Positions 39,301-52,620 of a DNA stretch of 64,000 bases are shown here, in pieces (within the stretch, counting starts at the first letter, position 1; every line of letters starts with the position of its first letter). Made by a program: the position numbers and the translations under genes. A model generated the notes under the pieces. It saw only the letters and a list, made by a program, of their open reading frames with translations, did no database searches and had not been told where the DNA came from. The DNA lies in NCBI GenBank assembly GCA_964247055.1, contig OZ176051.1, forward strand, positions 10,416,001 to 10,480,000, read 5' to 3'. The DNA comes from Paragordius varius. Its lineage: Eukaryota; Animalia; Nematomorpha.

Positions 39301-42300
39301 TTTTTTTACCATTAGTACCGTAATGAAAAAGGAGGGAATTAAGTGAATTGGCACGCCGTAATTTGGTTGGAAAGAAAACTGTTTTACCACTAATAATATT
39401 TTTTTCCTTTTTCTTGGTATATTTCTTTTGTGTACCCAATTCATATTTGGTGTTATTATTAGGTATAAAATTGCTTTTGTTTTTGTTTGAATTTAATGAA
39501 GGGTTAGGATTTGATTTTAGTAGAACCGTATTCTTTGTTTGAGTTATGCAAGGCGACAAATCAAATTGAGTTATTGTGGATTGTCGGTTTACGTTTCTCA
39601 TAATGGTTATATCAACAAAACTGTCATAAAAATATTTTTATACGTAAAAATGAATGTATTAAATTGTAAATCTAACATAGTATACCAAATTTTAAAGTCT
39701 AATTTTGGTACCTTTTAAAAAACTTAATATGGACCGCTAGGGTAAAAAAGTTAAAAACTTCCATTTAACAAACCATTGAATATTTATTAGAATCATAAAA
39801 TATTTATTCCTTACTCATCTGATAATTTTGTTGGTAATGATATTTCCTGAGTTGTTTTAGCATCGGCGTTTGTATCAAAGATCTCTTTCATGATTGCTTT
39901 TAACATGTTCATGGCAGAAAGATTGTCGCATTGGGTAAGTTTTTGTTCATTAATAGCAATAATTTGATCATTAATTAATAGCCTACCATCCTAAGATAGC
40001 ACACATATTGAAAATTTTATTTAAATTAATTAAATCAAATTAATTAAAGGCAAAAGTGATTTCTTATACGAGGCTCATTTTTCAGGCTTTATTTTCAAAA
40101 ATTGAAAAGCAAATATTAATGAGATAAATGAAAAAAAAAATTAATAAATAATGAGTCTATAATTTTATAATTTAAATCACACATAACGTTTAATTATCAT
40201 AAAAAAAACTTGTTTAATACAATATAAAATAACTGTATTTAAAATTATTTAAATTAAACATTCTCCAATTTTATTAATATCTTTTATCAAATATTGCTCT
40301 CATCAAGCCTTTTTATACAACAAATAATGCTTTTTCTATCTTATATTGTTACTCAATTTAATTTTTAAATCCTATATTATTTTAAAAAACGTCAAAAAGC
40401 TCCAAAGCCCATTAAAAACAGCAATATTTTTATATAATGTAAAAATTAATTCCAAATTTCAAAAATAGGCTCCAGCATAGCAAAAATATATAACAATAGC
40501 AATGTTCAATCAAAAACAAAGAAATGATAAAAAACAAACATATATATGCGACATTCTTACATGAAATGCTGCTCCGTCAGGCAAAACACTTTTGATGAAA
40601 ATACCCAAATCTTGCCCAACATTAGGCTTTTTCAGTGCCTTTTTAACCTTTTCGCCATCATTATCATCATTACTTTTATCTAAACCGTTTAACGTTAATG
40701 TTTCATTCAATACTGTCATATTATTATTAGTGGTCGACGTTTTACCTAACATTATATGATATAAAATTGTCAAAATTAAAATTATAGATGTAAAAAAAAA
40801 GGTTATTACTAAAAGACAAATATTTTTTACTCATTAAAACAATCATATTATATCCGTTTTTTCCATATAACTAAAATGATAAGGCTTGTTAAGCCTGTAA
40901 TAGATAGGGTTATCAAAAGTTTTTTTTATTTTGCATCTATGTTTTAGGAAAAAAATAAGTTTCAAAAAACGTTTTAACTACAAAAAAAATTGTATTGCCT
41001 TATCCATATAAGGTCATTTTTATTGTAATTAATAAAAAATAATAAAATTTGATAAAATATAGTTGGTTTTTTACATCAAAAAAAATGTTCACATCTAACC
41101 TTTGACACTTAAACCCAGGGATGTGAATCGTTGTATATCCATATTTTGAGCGTCATTTATTTTTAGCAGTTTTGTATTTGGAATTTCGATATTATTTTTA
41201 TTATTATTATCGTATTTAAACAAAGGGATCCTAAAAGTATATATTACGGGTGTCGATTTAGATTCGTTTGATTCCGAAACATTCTCGTTTTTATAGTTTA
41301 AATTTTGGGGTTTTTGCAATACAAAATTCCCATGGCAAAATGATTGGGTAGGCGGGTCGGCTAAATTATCATTGCAGTTATAACTATAGCCACCGTTAGA
41401 ATCATTGGGTCGAAGTACCATAAGCTGTAAAACGCATTTGCTTGCATCCTTAATGTTTTCTGAATCGGATATTTCATTAATATAATGTGTTGAAGTGGTG
41501 TTGCAATTGCTAGTTGGAGGAATTGCTGAGATAATGCGATTTTTAATATCCTTCAGAGATTCGGCATTGAGTAATAGGACGTTATTAATCTGTAATGTTG
41601 TGTGCAAATTTAGAAGATTAATTATTAATATATATATATATATATTATATAATAAAGTATAAATAATTTTTTTATAAAATAATGGATTTAAATTTTAAGA
41701 ACAGGCGACATTATATAAAACTGGAAATTATAGATGAATCACAATTGTTTCTATGATTAAATATTTCACATAATATGTTGCTGAGGTATATATTTAAATT
41801 TAACTACATGCAAAATACTAATAAACCTATATAATCAAAAATAATTGTCCGATTTTTGATCAAGATTTTACTTTTTAAGTTAAATCAATCATAATTGAAT
41901 ATCCCTACCCTCTTCATAATAAGCCAAATAAATGAAAATACAATTATTTATCCAAATATTCCTTAATATATCCGTAAATTATGTTATCATTTGATAAGAA
42001 AGAAGAAATATTAATAAAAATTTATTTTTTTGAAAAAAATATTTAAATATTATCGAGAGTCATGATGCCGATATCGAGCAGTCAACGAGTAAATATGTAA
42101 TTATAATTAAAAATGCCAGTGTTTTAAATATTAATTTTAAAAACATAAAATTAAAATATATGGTGACTAATAAAGTAAAAAAAAACATTACTTTTAAAAT
42201 AATGTCCCCGTGGTTTGGCCTTTGTGTCATTTCAAAATTTTCGGAATATTCATCATAAACACTATTATTATTATTATTGTTGTTTCTGACAACAAATTTT

Positions 42301-45300
42301 ACGATAGAAGTTATGCCAGCAGTTGAATTACTTAAATAACCACAAGATTTCAAAATATATTGGAGGGATGCAACATTTTGAATTCCTTCATCACCAATTT
42401 TTACAATTTCCAATGATTTCGTGAACCAATCAATCATATTGTTTAACAAATTATTAAGATTATTTTTATCAGCGTTGTTGTTTTTAAGGCATTTAACAAT
42501 TGTTTCAAGGGGGTATAGTTGATAACTTGGTGACGTATACGTATTATTTATAGTATTGTTAGAATTTAAACCATTTGTGATTATGGTTGAATTAAAACAA
42601 GGAGGTTTTAAGTTAACCAGGTTAAGGTCAAGTTTATTAAGGGTAGATTGTTTAATAAATTTAATGTTGAGCGTATTGGATAGCATAGATTTGTGGAATA
42701 TGTTTAAGCATCTATAATTTTATATAAATAAATAAAATATAAAAAAATATGAGCAAAATAAAAATAGATGATCATAGATTGGAAATATTTTTAAAAGCTG
42801 TTTGATGAAAAACACGAAAAAAATTATAAAAATTTTTTAATTCTAAAATACCGAAATGTTATTAAGCAGAAAAACTTATGCCATATAAACGCATAATTTA
42901 TTTTATTTATAAACACAGAAAAATCATAAAGTTTTTGCCAAAAAAATGAAAAGAATCCTGAAAAAAATAAATTAAAATATGCTTTAAATAATTTTTATTG
43001 TAATGTATATACTTATCATAAGTCAAATCCTTTAAATTTTGTCCATTAACTTCAATGATAACGTCTCCAGATTCAAGGGTGGCATTGTAATTGTTTAAAC
43101 CTTTAACATTATTGCTATCATCGCCATTTCTAAAAAAAACAAAGGTAAATTTAGATATTTCAAGATATATAGAGATATGAAATATATTTTTTGTGTTTAG
43201 AAACATATATTACTCATATATACTGTAACTGTAATTAGGTTCATATTGTAATTTACAGTTTTTAACTGATCCAAATAACCCGGTATCGCTAGCTATGTCC
43301 CCCATTTCTGTATCTTTATAATGAGCTAAATAATTAATAGAAAATCATAAAAATTATTAATAATAATATATATGCAAAAGCTAATACTGGTTATTCACGT
43401 TATTAATTTAAATTAAATATTATATTATTAAATTTAAATTAAGCCTTCACTTTTCTATATGGTGCCTTTTGTACCAACTTGTGTCTATAGTTTTTTGGTT
43501 AATAATTATTCGGTATAAATTATTTAGGCTTTACATTAATTACAAAGTAAGTGAAAATTATAACGAATAAGTAAAAATTAAAAATTTTAAATCACAATGA
43601 AGAAACCTTAGATAAAAATTCACTTTCAAATTTTCTAAAACGATTCTACAAAATTAAAACCCTACCCTTTATTATTGGGGTTGTAGTTAGTTTGATAGCT
43701 AACCAGCCATCAGATTCAATTTTTCCAACTAAAAGTCCAAAAGGAAAAGCTGAAAAGACATGAAGACCGAGGGTGTGACCTCCATTAGATTCAGGGTTTG
43801 TGTTTTCAATCTTGACTTCAAAAATATCATTTTTGCAAACATTAAAATTATTTTTGCCATCCAATTTTTCTATTTTACTGCCTTTTTTATCGTTGCCACC
43901 ATACATGATATCACATAAAGTTTTGTAAAAGTTTAAATTAATATTATTTGGTGATTTTATCGTTTTTATTGTGTCATTATTATCGCCATCATCATCATCT
44001 AAATGAAATAGAGAATTGCTACGTTTTTTAACGTATTCCTTATTATTTATGTAAAGGTTAGATTTTTCATAATTGCAAGAATTAGTTGGGCTATATAATA
44101 GATTGGCATTTTCCCATTCTATATTATCGCTTAATACAGTTTCATCATTTTTATCATTACTATTCCGGGCTGCAAATTCTAGTGTTGTTTGTGTTTTAGT
44201 ATTATCTATTGTAAATTGGTAAATATAAAAATTTTTAATTTAATTTTAAATAGCATTATGTGAAAACTTAAAAAGTTATTAAATATTGATTAAAGGACAT
44301 CTAATTAATAATAAATATAAGCACGTATGATTACAATTAGTTTTTATCCATATGATTATAAAAAGAAAAGGGTATCTCTAATTAAACGTCCATAAAAAAA
44401 TATCTTAAAGACTGTAAAAGATAATTAAATAAAAATAACACTTTAAAGCGTAAAATGTTATAAAAAAATATGGAAACAATATAAATATTATAAAACGATT
44501 AGGGAAATAATGGGGGTTTAAAGTAAGTCCATATTTGATCCAATCTATAGGTAGGTTTTGAAAAACATTTTATACTTAAAAAATTTAATTCTTTAATCCT
44601 ACGTGTTAAATAAACAATACTTGGTTTTTTAAATTATATAACCAAAAATAAAAAAATTCTAAATTAGCCTTTAAATTAATGTAAAAATAAAAAACTATGT
44701 TTCCATTCCGATTCAAATTGGGGTAACTAGTGACTTCAGACCATATTTAAAGTGATATAATCTAAAAACTACTGAAGGAAACGGTTCCAATTTAAATTTA
44801 CCCTTATATCCCAATAAAACATGATTGGGATATCAGAGCGTTTATTAATCGGATTTTTGTTTTTAGATGTATATCAAGAGATTTCCATAGTTTATTATGT
44901 GAAACTAAAGTGCATTTGGCTATAGTTAAACGTCTTTTTCAATCTTATGAGCTAGAACTTCATGTGCTAATAATCTATCGCAGATATGCCTATTATATAC
45001 AAATAAGGACAAAAATCTGATTAATAAACGCCCTAATATTCCCTATCATGTTATATGGCTGTGCAGTAAGTTGGACCATTAAAAAACTGGAAAAGAATAA
45101 AAACTTTTGAAATGTTCTGCTGAAGGAAAATACTTGGTGGAACATGGAAGAACAAGTGGATAACATCATTGGAAACAAAATTAAGGCACAAGCAACGCTT
45201 CAGGGTAAAAATAATGAGATAAAAATTTGCGAACTTTGGACACATATTTCGAGGATATTCTTGAAAAAGATTTAATGTTAGGAAAAGTAAACGGCAATCT

Positions 45301-48300
45301 TAAAGATTTAAAATCTTGCTACTCTATGAGTCTCTTTAACTATAAGTGTCTTTTTTAAAAGAACTAACCAGTGTTCCTAAGATTATAAATAATCTGATTG
45401 GGATCCTTTGACATTATGGAATAAACATCCAACTTAAATCACTTCAAAAAAGACCAAGTAATAGAGCTAAAGGCCAAAGACTAATTTTTAAGATACATGA
45501 AATTTTACTATCCAAAATCTCCCTAACGATCTCTAAAAGCCACTGACAGAACCGAGTGGCGGAAGTTTTTCTAAAAATCGCTATAAGCTCCCAACCACCA
45601 TAATAAAAATTATATAAATAAGCGAAAATATCTAAATAAAGTTTGGTTTTAAAATAAAGCTCCATATCAAACTGTTTCGACGCCATTTTTATTTTACAGT
45701 ATTTTGCGAAATACCGAGTGCTTTTGATTCTAACGCTAAAATTTAAATTTAATTTTTTATTTATGAATCACATCTAAATGATATAAACAGAAAAGTGGTT
45801 TTCCCATTATTTATTTATTTAGCTAATGTAAAAATACCATTTTAAATTTTTGCATTGAGGTTTATCCACATGAAACAAATTGAAACCATTGCCAAAGCTT
45901 ACAATATAACATTGATGCACGGTAAAATAAATAACGTATTTAAAGGAATTCGATAATACTAATTTTATAGATAAACCTCGATGCAAAAATTTAGTCAACA
46001 TGACATGTGTGCATTAGCTAAATATAAATGTAAAATAAACCAAGTTTTCTGTTTATATCAATGAATTTAAATAAAAAATTAGCTTTAATTTAAGCGTTAG
46101 AATTAAATAAACACGATATTTTGCAAAAATGTTGTAATATAAAAATGGCGCTGAAGTAGTTTGATATGACTTTTTTGAAAATTGAATTTTATTTAGATAT
46201 TTTGGTTTATTTATATAAATTTTATAAGGATCGAAAGATAAATTAAATTTTGAACCGTTTGTTTCAGTAGTTTCTTAAAATATTAACTTAGATATAGTCA
46301 GATAAGTCTAGATACTCCAATTTAAATTAAAGTGTTAACGTATTAGATAATACAATCCTTGCATACCATGTAATATTGGTGACAAAAAGTGTCGCCTTAA
46401 ACGCGTAAGCATTCCAGGTTCACTAAATCTTCGAAGCTTTAATGGTTTTATATCATAATTGTTATTACTATTACCATTATCATTTTCCAATGTGTTTTGG
46501 TCATCTAAAATATAAATTTTAAAGATATATTTTAAAAATTTATGTATATATTTAATATTTTGTTTAATAACTAAAATTTCAATAATTGGTTGTTTTATTA
46601 AAAAAAGTTTAAGATTCTTTGCAAACAAAAAGCGCACAAATACCACATAATTCTGCTTGTAAAATATGTCCACCATCCACATTGTAACTATTATTATTAT
46701 TATTATTTATACTCAAGTCGAACCCATTCCTCATAGTGTAGACGTCGTTACAAATGATTTGATCAAAATTATTGCCGTTTTCGTTAATGTTGATGTTAAA
46801 AGGTAGTGATGATTCATCAATACAGTTACTATCGTCCTCCAAAATATCAATTTCACTTTTAAAGGAGGGGAAATCATATATTTCATCTTCAATGAGTGGA
46901 TGTTGGATTGATTCTTCATTATAATCAATATTATCATCAACACTGGCTGAGCGGCACTCAATATTTGATACAATGTTGGTAGAGTTTTGGTGGGTTATTG
47001 TTGTAACATTTCCATTATTATGGTGTTTCTTTGTCGATACATTAATTTGTGAGTATATTGGTTCATGCATAGTAGAGTTATTATTATTCATGGTATCTTT
47101 ATAAATTGAATCATTTTTGTTTATAGGTGTATTTTCGTGCAAAACCGAACTAAGATTGCTAATATGGGAAAAGCTTGAAATTGTTGAGGAAAGCGTATTC
47201 TCAGCACTGTGTTGGCTACCGCTTATGTCCAAAGAGTTATGATAAAAATTATTTTTATTGCTGGAATCATTAAAATTATTTGTTCTTCCATTGGGTTGAT
47301 TATCGTCATAAAATTTGTTATGTTTGATATTATGATTTAATCCATTATCCAGGGTACCGTTAAATGTTTTATTTGATTCGCCGTTCGACACTAAAACATT
47401 TTGTTTTAATGGTGAGATTGAGGTTTTATTGATAACAATATTTTTCTCTAGATTGAAAGGGGATGTTGTGTTTGATAGGATTGCCATAATCTATATATAA
47501 AACAAAGATTAATCGCTACATTTTGATAAAAATTCAAAAAATATTTTCAAAAGACAATGGTTTATATTTATATATTCAAAAACGAATTTTTACCATGCCC
47601 AAAATTTATTCAACATAAACCTTAGATAAATGTTTAAATATGATAAAATGTTGCCTCTAAATATAAAAATTTTTTTAAATGAAAAAGAATATATAAACAT
47701 ATTAACAAGCAAAAATAATTTTTAAGACCGTGTCAAAATCAATCTTTCCTATAATAACAATATTTATTATATTGACTTCAGTAAGATAACTAAAAACTTT
47801 TTGAGATATTCATTTATTATATGTAATAATATAATATCTTTCAAGCAAAAAAAATCTAAAGATAATGTAGACAATATATCATTATTAATAATTAACTTGT
47901 TCATTGTTATCAAGGACATCGGAAACTAAATCATCCATATCGTATAAAGAACCCTGAAGCGATGTTAATTGTTTAATAGTTGGACAGGGCCCAAACTCAT
48001 TGTCGCAATGCCCATTCTAATTCAAGAATATTGGAGTAAAAATTGAAATTATTACCTCAAAGCGTAAAAGCTAAAATACAAATATTGTTTAAGAAAGACA
48101 ACCATAAACATTAATTTTGATTGTAGCCTGTTGTTTTGGGTCAAATATTCATTTAACTCTTTATTACCTTTCGGGTTAGTTTTATATCCCAGGGTCATTT
48201 AAAATTTGAATATCTTAAAAAGTATTTGATTTATTAAGTTGAAATTAAACATGTACTTTCATAGTTTTTTAGGCACATTATAAAAAAATTTAAAAATGTA

Positions 48301-50742
48301 TAATTGTAAAGGAATACTCATCTCAAACTTCTTTGCTACCATTTTTTACTATAAATTTTTTAAATCGTTAATGCAAAGGGCAAATAAATGTTTATTATAA
48401 TTAAAAATTGTAAATAATTATCTTTTAGAATATTTTAGGCCACATTATACCAGCAATTGATATATTTTGACTTTAGAATCAGCTGTTGGTTTTAATCGTG
48501 TTTCGGAACTGTCCCAATTTTGGGCTCCAGAATTTTCAAAACTGTAGAATTATCTTTTTTTTATCTCATACATGCAATGTTTGATAATTAAATTTTAACT
48601 AAAATAACTTTCAAAACTGTAATTTATTTACAAAATTGTGGGATATAAAATTACCCCAAAAGGTAAACTAAAACAAAAAAGAAAAGAGGTAATGAAGTGT
48701 TAATTATACCTCTCACAGTAATAAAATTTATGTAGAAATTAACGGTTGTAAAAGTATGGTTGTCTTTTAGTTATTACATTTTGTCTGAGTACTCTAAATT
48801 TTTTGCATAATTATATTAAAAACAGTGAAAGTCATCACTTAAAAAAATAGACATAAATATATTATATATTTAAAAAAGGATAAAATTGGTAATTTACGAT
48901 GTAAAAATTTTAAGATTTTAAAATCAATTCGATTGGTACTTAATTGTTTTATTTAGTTGCAACATATATTTATTTAATAAAATACCTAGGTATTATGAAA
49001 ATAAAGCAGTTTAAACAGTACCAAAATATTATAATTATAAAACAGAGATTATTAGAATTACCAAAATGTATTTATCTCAAAAATGTGTTTTTGCTAATAT
49101 CAAACAAAATTTATATCAAAATTTTTCATAACAAATAATTACACTATGGCTGAAATTGTGCTTTCGATTTATTAAAACTGAATATTAATGTTTATTGAAT
49201 TTATAATAAGGTAACATAATCTTGCATGGTTTGAAAAAGCAATAAAATCAAAGATAAACAAACAGGTAACGGGTTGATGAAAAATCTTTGCAAATCGATT
49301 ATATTTTCACAAAAAAATCTTCATTGAGCCTGTAATATTTACTGGGAACAGCCGTAGCAATTTTCAAAAAACCGCTCAAAAATAAACCAATTCAGAAAAA
49401 AATTCGACTTTTTATCGAGACCCTTGATTGAAAAATAAACGAAATTATGCAAAATCATCTCTCGCTTTGCAAACGCTCGTGCTAATTATAAATTAAATTT
49501 TAACAGAAAAATCAATGATTTTTATAATTTAGACCAAGGGTGGCCATCATGCGGCCTCGAGATTTTATGTGCGGCCCGCGAAAAATTTGAAAATCCATAC
49601 GTTATGAAAATATGCTCACAAAATCTAAATAAAATTGATATCTTTTAAGCAAATTTTTCTGGATAAGTCTATCCAATCGGCAAGAACTAAAAAAAACTAT
49701 ATTGTATTGTATTTTATTTCACATATTCATGTTTGAAATCAATTAAATCCTTATGTATGCATGTATATATATTTCGAATGCGGCCCGTAAAACCATTTAT
49801 ACCCCTGATTTTTAACCAAATTGTAATCCACACTAATAAATTAATTTTGAAGGTAATACATTAAAATTTAAAGTTTAAAAATCATGAAAATATAGTAATA
49901 GAATATCGATTAAATATTATCTATTAAACAATTTAAATTGACATTTTTAATTTTTTTTATATTTATTACAAGAGATATTTTTTAAATTTACACAACTTAT
50001 TCAAAGCGATAAATAGATTGTGTGTTGAAATCGAATTCTATAATAATGTCTATAATATAAAATGAACGTTGGGAGTTTTCAGATCTAATTAAACGCTTTT
50101 GTCAAAGTTGTTAATGATGAAAACGGTGATTAATTGCGAAAATAAAAAGATTTTTGATTTATTAAAACTTAATAAACAATCTATTGCGAAAAACTCCAGG
50201 TTAAATCTTTTGAAGCATTCTTTATATACAAATATTTTTAATTGCGCTTATAATAAAAACATAAAATATTTTTTAGAAAACATATACCACAAACCTATAT
50301 TTTGCGGTCATTTGTTTTTATATGAAATACAATTTAATTAACGTTTCCTTAATACTTATGTATAAATTTATGTAAATATGTGGAAAAAATACAATTCATT
50401 ATTACTAATAATAATTAAATTTAAGTCGATTAGAAATATCAGTAATCATTAAATAATAATCTATCAATAGTAAAAAAATAAGAAATTTTAAAATAAGGTT
50501 ATTCATGATAAATAAAGACAACGACGTGATTAATTATTTTTAACAAACTGCAAAAGTTTAATAATTATTATGTAAAAGGTAGATTTGCAAAAATAAAAAA
50601 TTAAAAAAAATCATACCAAAGTCGTCACAGAAAGTTTTAAGTATTTTTGTAATGAACGTTGGGCTAATTGAGAAATTGTTATATTTCCATCCCCACATGG
50701 AACCACAACACTAAGTTGTCCAAAATTTACAGAGACTTTCAT
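36328..50742 (-). CDS. PARD3: Partitioning defective 3 (Par-3/Bazooka)
   Basis: Exons 50742-50617, 48016-47897, 47490-46644, 46504-46367, 44205-43666, ~43325-43279 (boundaries uncertain), 43129-43013, 42711-42192, 41589-41100, 40745-40561, 39990-39815, 39620-38824, 38575-38062, 37026-36929, ~36836-36328. CR1 MKVSVNFGQLSVVVPCGDG...YDMDDLVSDVLD; RRFSEP (Par-1 site); PDZ1 TLGLHV..GLLVGKIE; PDZ3 LGLSVKG..DLGIFIKSVLPDGAAFH|DGRLLINDQIIAIN; RQS; LRRANSLNSL; NESFRAAL. Confidence 0.92.
44700..46330. mobile_element. Two oppositely oriented partial copies of the piggyBac-like element (44700-44820 plus 45600-45750, and 46005-46330)
   Basis: ACTACTGAAGGAAACGGTTCCAATTT and CGAAAATATCTAAA..GCCATTTTTATTTTACA match 58.8-59.0 kb; 46005-46330 is the inverse and matches the 5.9-6.1 kb part of the full-length copy. 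Confidence 0.6.
44990..45300 (+). mobile_element. 3' fragment of an RTE-clade LINE, antisense in a Par-3 intron
   Basis: Broken reading TKI.LINALIFPIMLYGC..SWTIKK...EMFC.RKIL...FGHIFR...LEKDLMLGKVNG matches the RTE/BovB C-terminus. Confidence 0.75.
48180..48699 (+). mobile_element. piggyBac-like element, right-end fragment (Par-3 intron 1)
   Basis: Shares CTCAAAC, GCAAAGGGCAAATAAATG and ATCAGCTGTT..AATCGTG..GTCCCAATTT with 6280-6600; ends GGTAATGAAGTG|TTAA. Confidence 0.7.
49535..49807 (+). mobile_element. hAT-type MITE (Par-3 intron 1)
   Basis: CAAGGGTGGCCA ... ATACCCCTG termini and GCGGCCCGCG subterminal motifs; related to 18504-18743. Confidence 0.6.
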
Positions 50743-51829
50743 GACACTTTTAAAATTTTATGTGGTGTTAAATAACATTTTAATTCAAAATCCAGGTATT
50801 TTGCCGTTCAACTCTTCGTTTAAATTATATGCAGGTGTAAAACATATATCTTCACAAGGGATAATATTTCATATGACAATAATGGCATATAAAATTATTA
50901 TTGATTTTATTATTTTCCAATATGATTGTATTAAGTATATATTATATATAATATCCTAAATTTTATAATTGACAATTATAATTTATTTTGACCAAATAAA
51001 TGACATAAAGTCCTCCTGTTACTTCTTATAGGATCCCTCTTTAAGAACATAATGCATTCTTTGACCTGGATACTTCATTCTTTTAGGGTAGTATGGCTCA
51101 AATCGATTTGTAAATAATAAAAAGTATTGGGTTATTAGAGGAAATTTTAAAATATGCTCTGTCTATGTGGTAGATTTATAGAAATAATAAGATGTGCATG
51201 ATAGAATACACTTTATCCGATTTCAAATCATAAAAACAGTGTGTAAACACTGTGCAACAAAGTCATAGTCAATTTTTTGAATCTAAGATTTTTACACTTT
51301 TGTGTTTTTATAGTATTGGGATCAGATCTATACAAAAATTAGTTATTGAGGTCGTTTTCGATAAATGGGGCTTTTTTATATCTGAACATTTTCAAATTCT
51401 CGTTGTAAATATTTTTCTATAGGTACATAAATAAATATATTTTATAAAAAACCCATCGATCTATAAAATAAATATTCAAAACATCAAATGGGCTGATAAA
51501 GTCTTTAATACTGGACTGATAAATGAAAATAAAACCAATTACATTCCACAATATAATACATATGTGTTCCTAGGCCAAAAAACAGTGAACTTTTTGGTTT
51601 TTCGATATTAGTGGGAATGGTTGACGGTAAAGGGCTCTTGGTCGATCTTCAACATTTTACCATGACCAAGTATTTCCCAACGTTTTGAATTTAAAATCAC
51701 TGTTGACGTCAGCTATTAGATTAGCTTGGTAAAATCTCTGTGTACTACGGTCACATACGAGTACACAGATTAAATAAATATGGAGAAAATGCCATATCTG
51801 TGATAAAAATTTAACACCTCGATCAAATT

Positions 51830-52323
51830 TGGGTAATAAAATATCCTAGACTATATTTAAGTCTATATTTGTAAATTAAAATTATGCTTCTGTCCTAATA
51901 AAAATTATATTAAACTGATAATATTTATTTTTGAAAAAAACATATCAAACTACTTTGACGCAATTTTTTACGATATATTTAAAAAATTTTATGTTTATTT
52001 AATTTCAAAGCTAAATTAAAGCTTATTTTTTATTTAAATCACATTTAATATTGAAATATAGAAAAAACGGTTAATTTTGTATTACTTTAAATTTAGAGCG
52101 AGCAGATCATATGTTTACTTATTATCGTTGGGTTTTACCTTTAAATATTTAATATCAAGTATTGAGTATTTTTTAATATCGGTTCAATAATTTTATATAA
52201 GTGCGAAATTTTGCTATGGTCTCGATTCTACCATATTTTTAAAAAATATTTAATTCTAAACAAGCCTGGGCTATCTAACTACCCTAATTTGATTTGAAGG
52301 ATTGAATGTGTTGTATCCAAGTG
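51830..52323 (-). mobile_element. piggyBac-like element, left-end fragment, reversed
   Basis: AAACAAGCCTGGGCTATCTAACTACCC...TGTGTTGTATCCAAGTG|TTAA is the reverse complement of the 5546-5610 left end. Confidence 0.65.
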
Positions 52324-52574
52324 TTAAAAGAGTTTTATACAACATATAATACCATCAATAAACATTTCGATCCTTTAATTATTTTTTAAGAATCATTTTA
52401 AATAATTATGTTAATTAAATAATCCAAAATTTATAATGTTTCAGTAAATTAGAGTGGATATTCATTAAAGTATAGAGTTTGTTCAGGAGATTTAAAGACA
52501 AGCATAATTGATCTTGATTTTGAAATGGAATTATTAAGTGCAATACGTAGATAAACAAAAAAATAAATAATATA

Positions 52575-52610
<36 letters not shown>

Positions 52611-52620
52611 TATATATAAT

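Noticed and set aside
6887-50742. A functional cell-polarity gene cluster (PDZ scaffold, PTP, REP, Par-3)
   Set aside because: I know of no conserved linkage, and such neighbours are expected by chance in a gene-dense animal genome. Synteny data would be needed.
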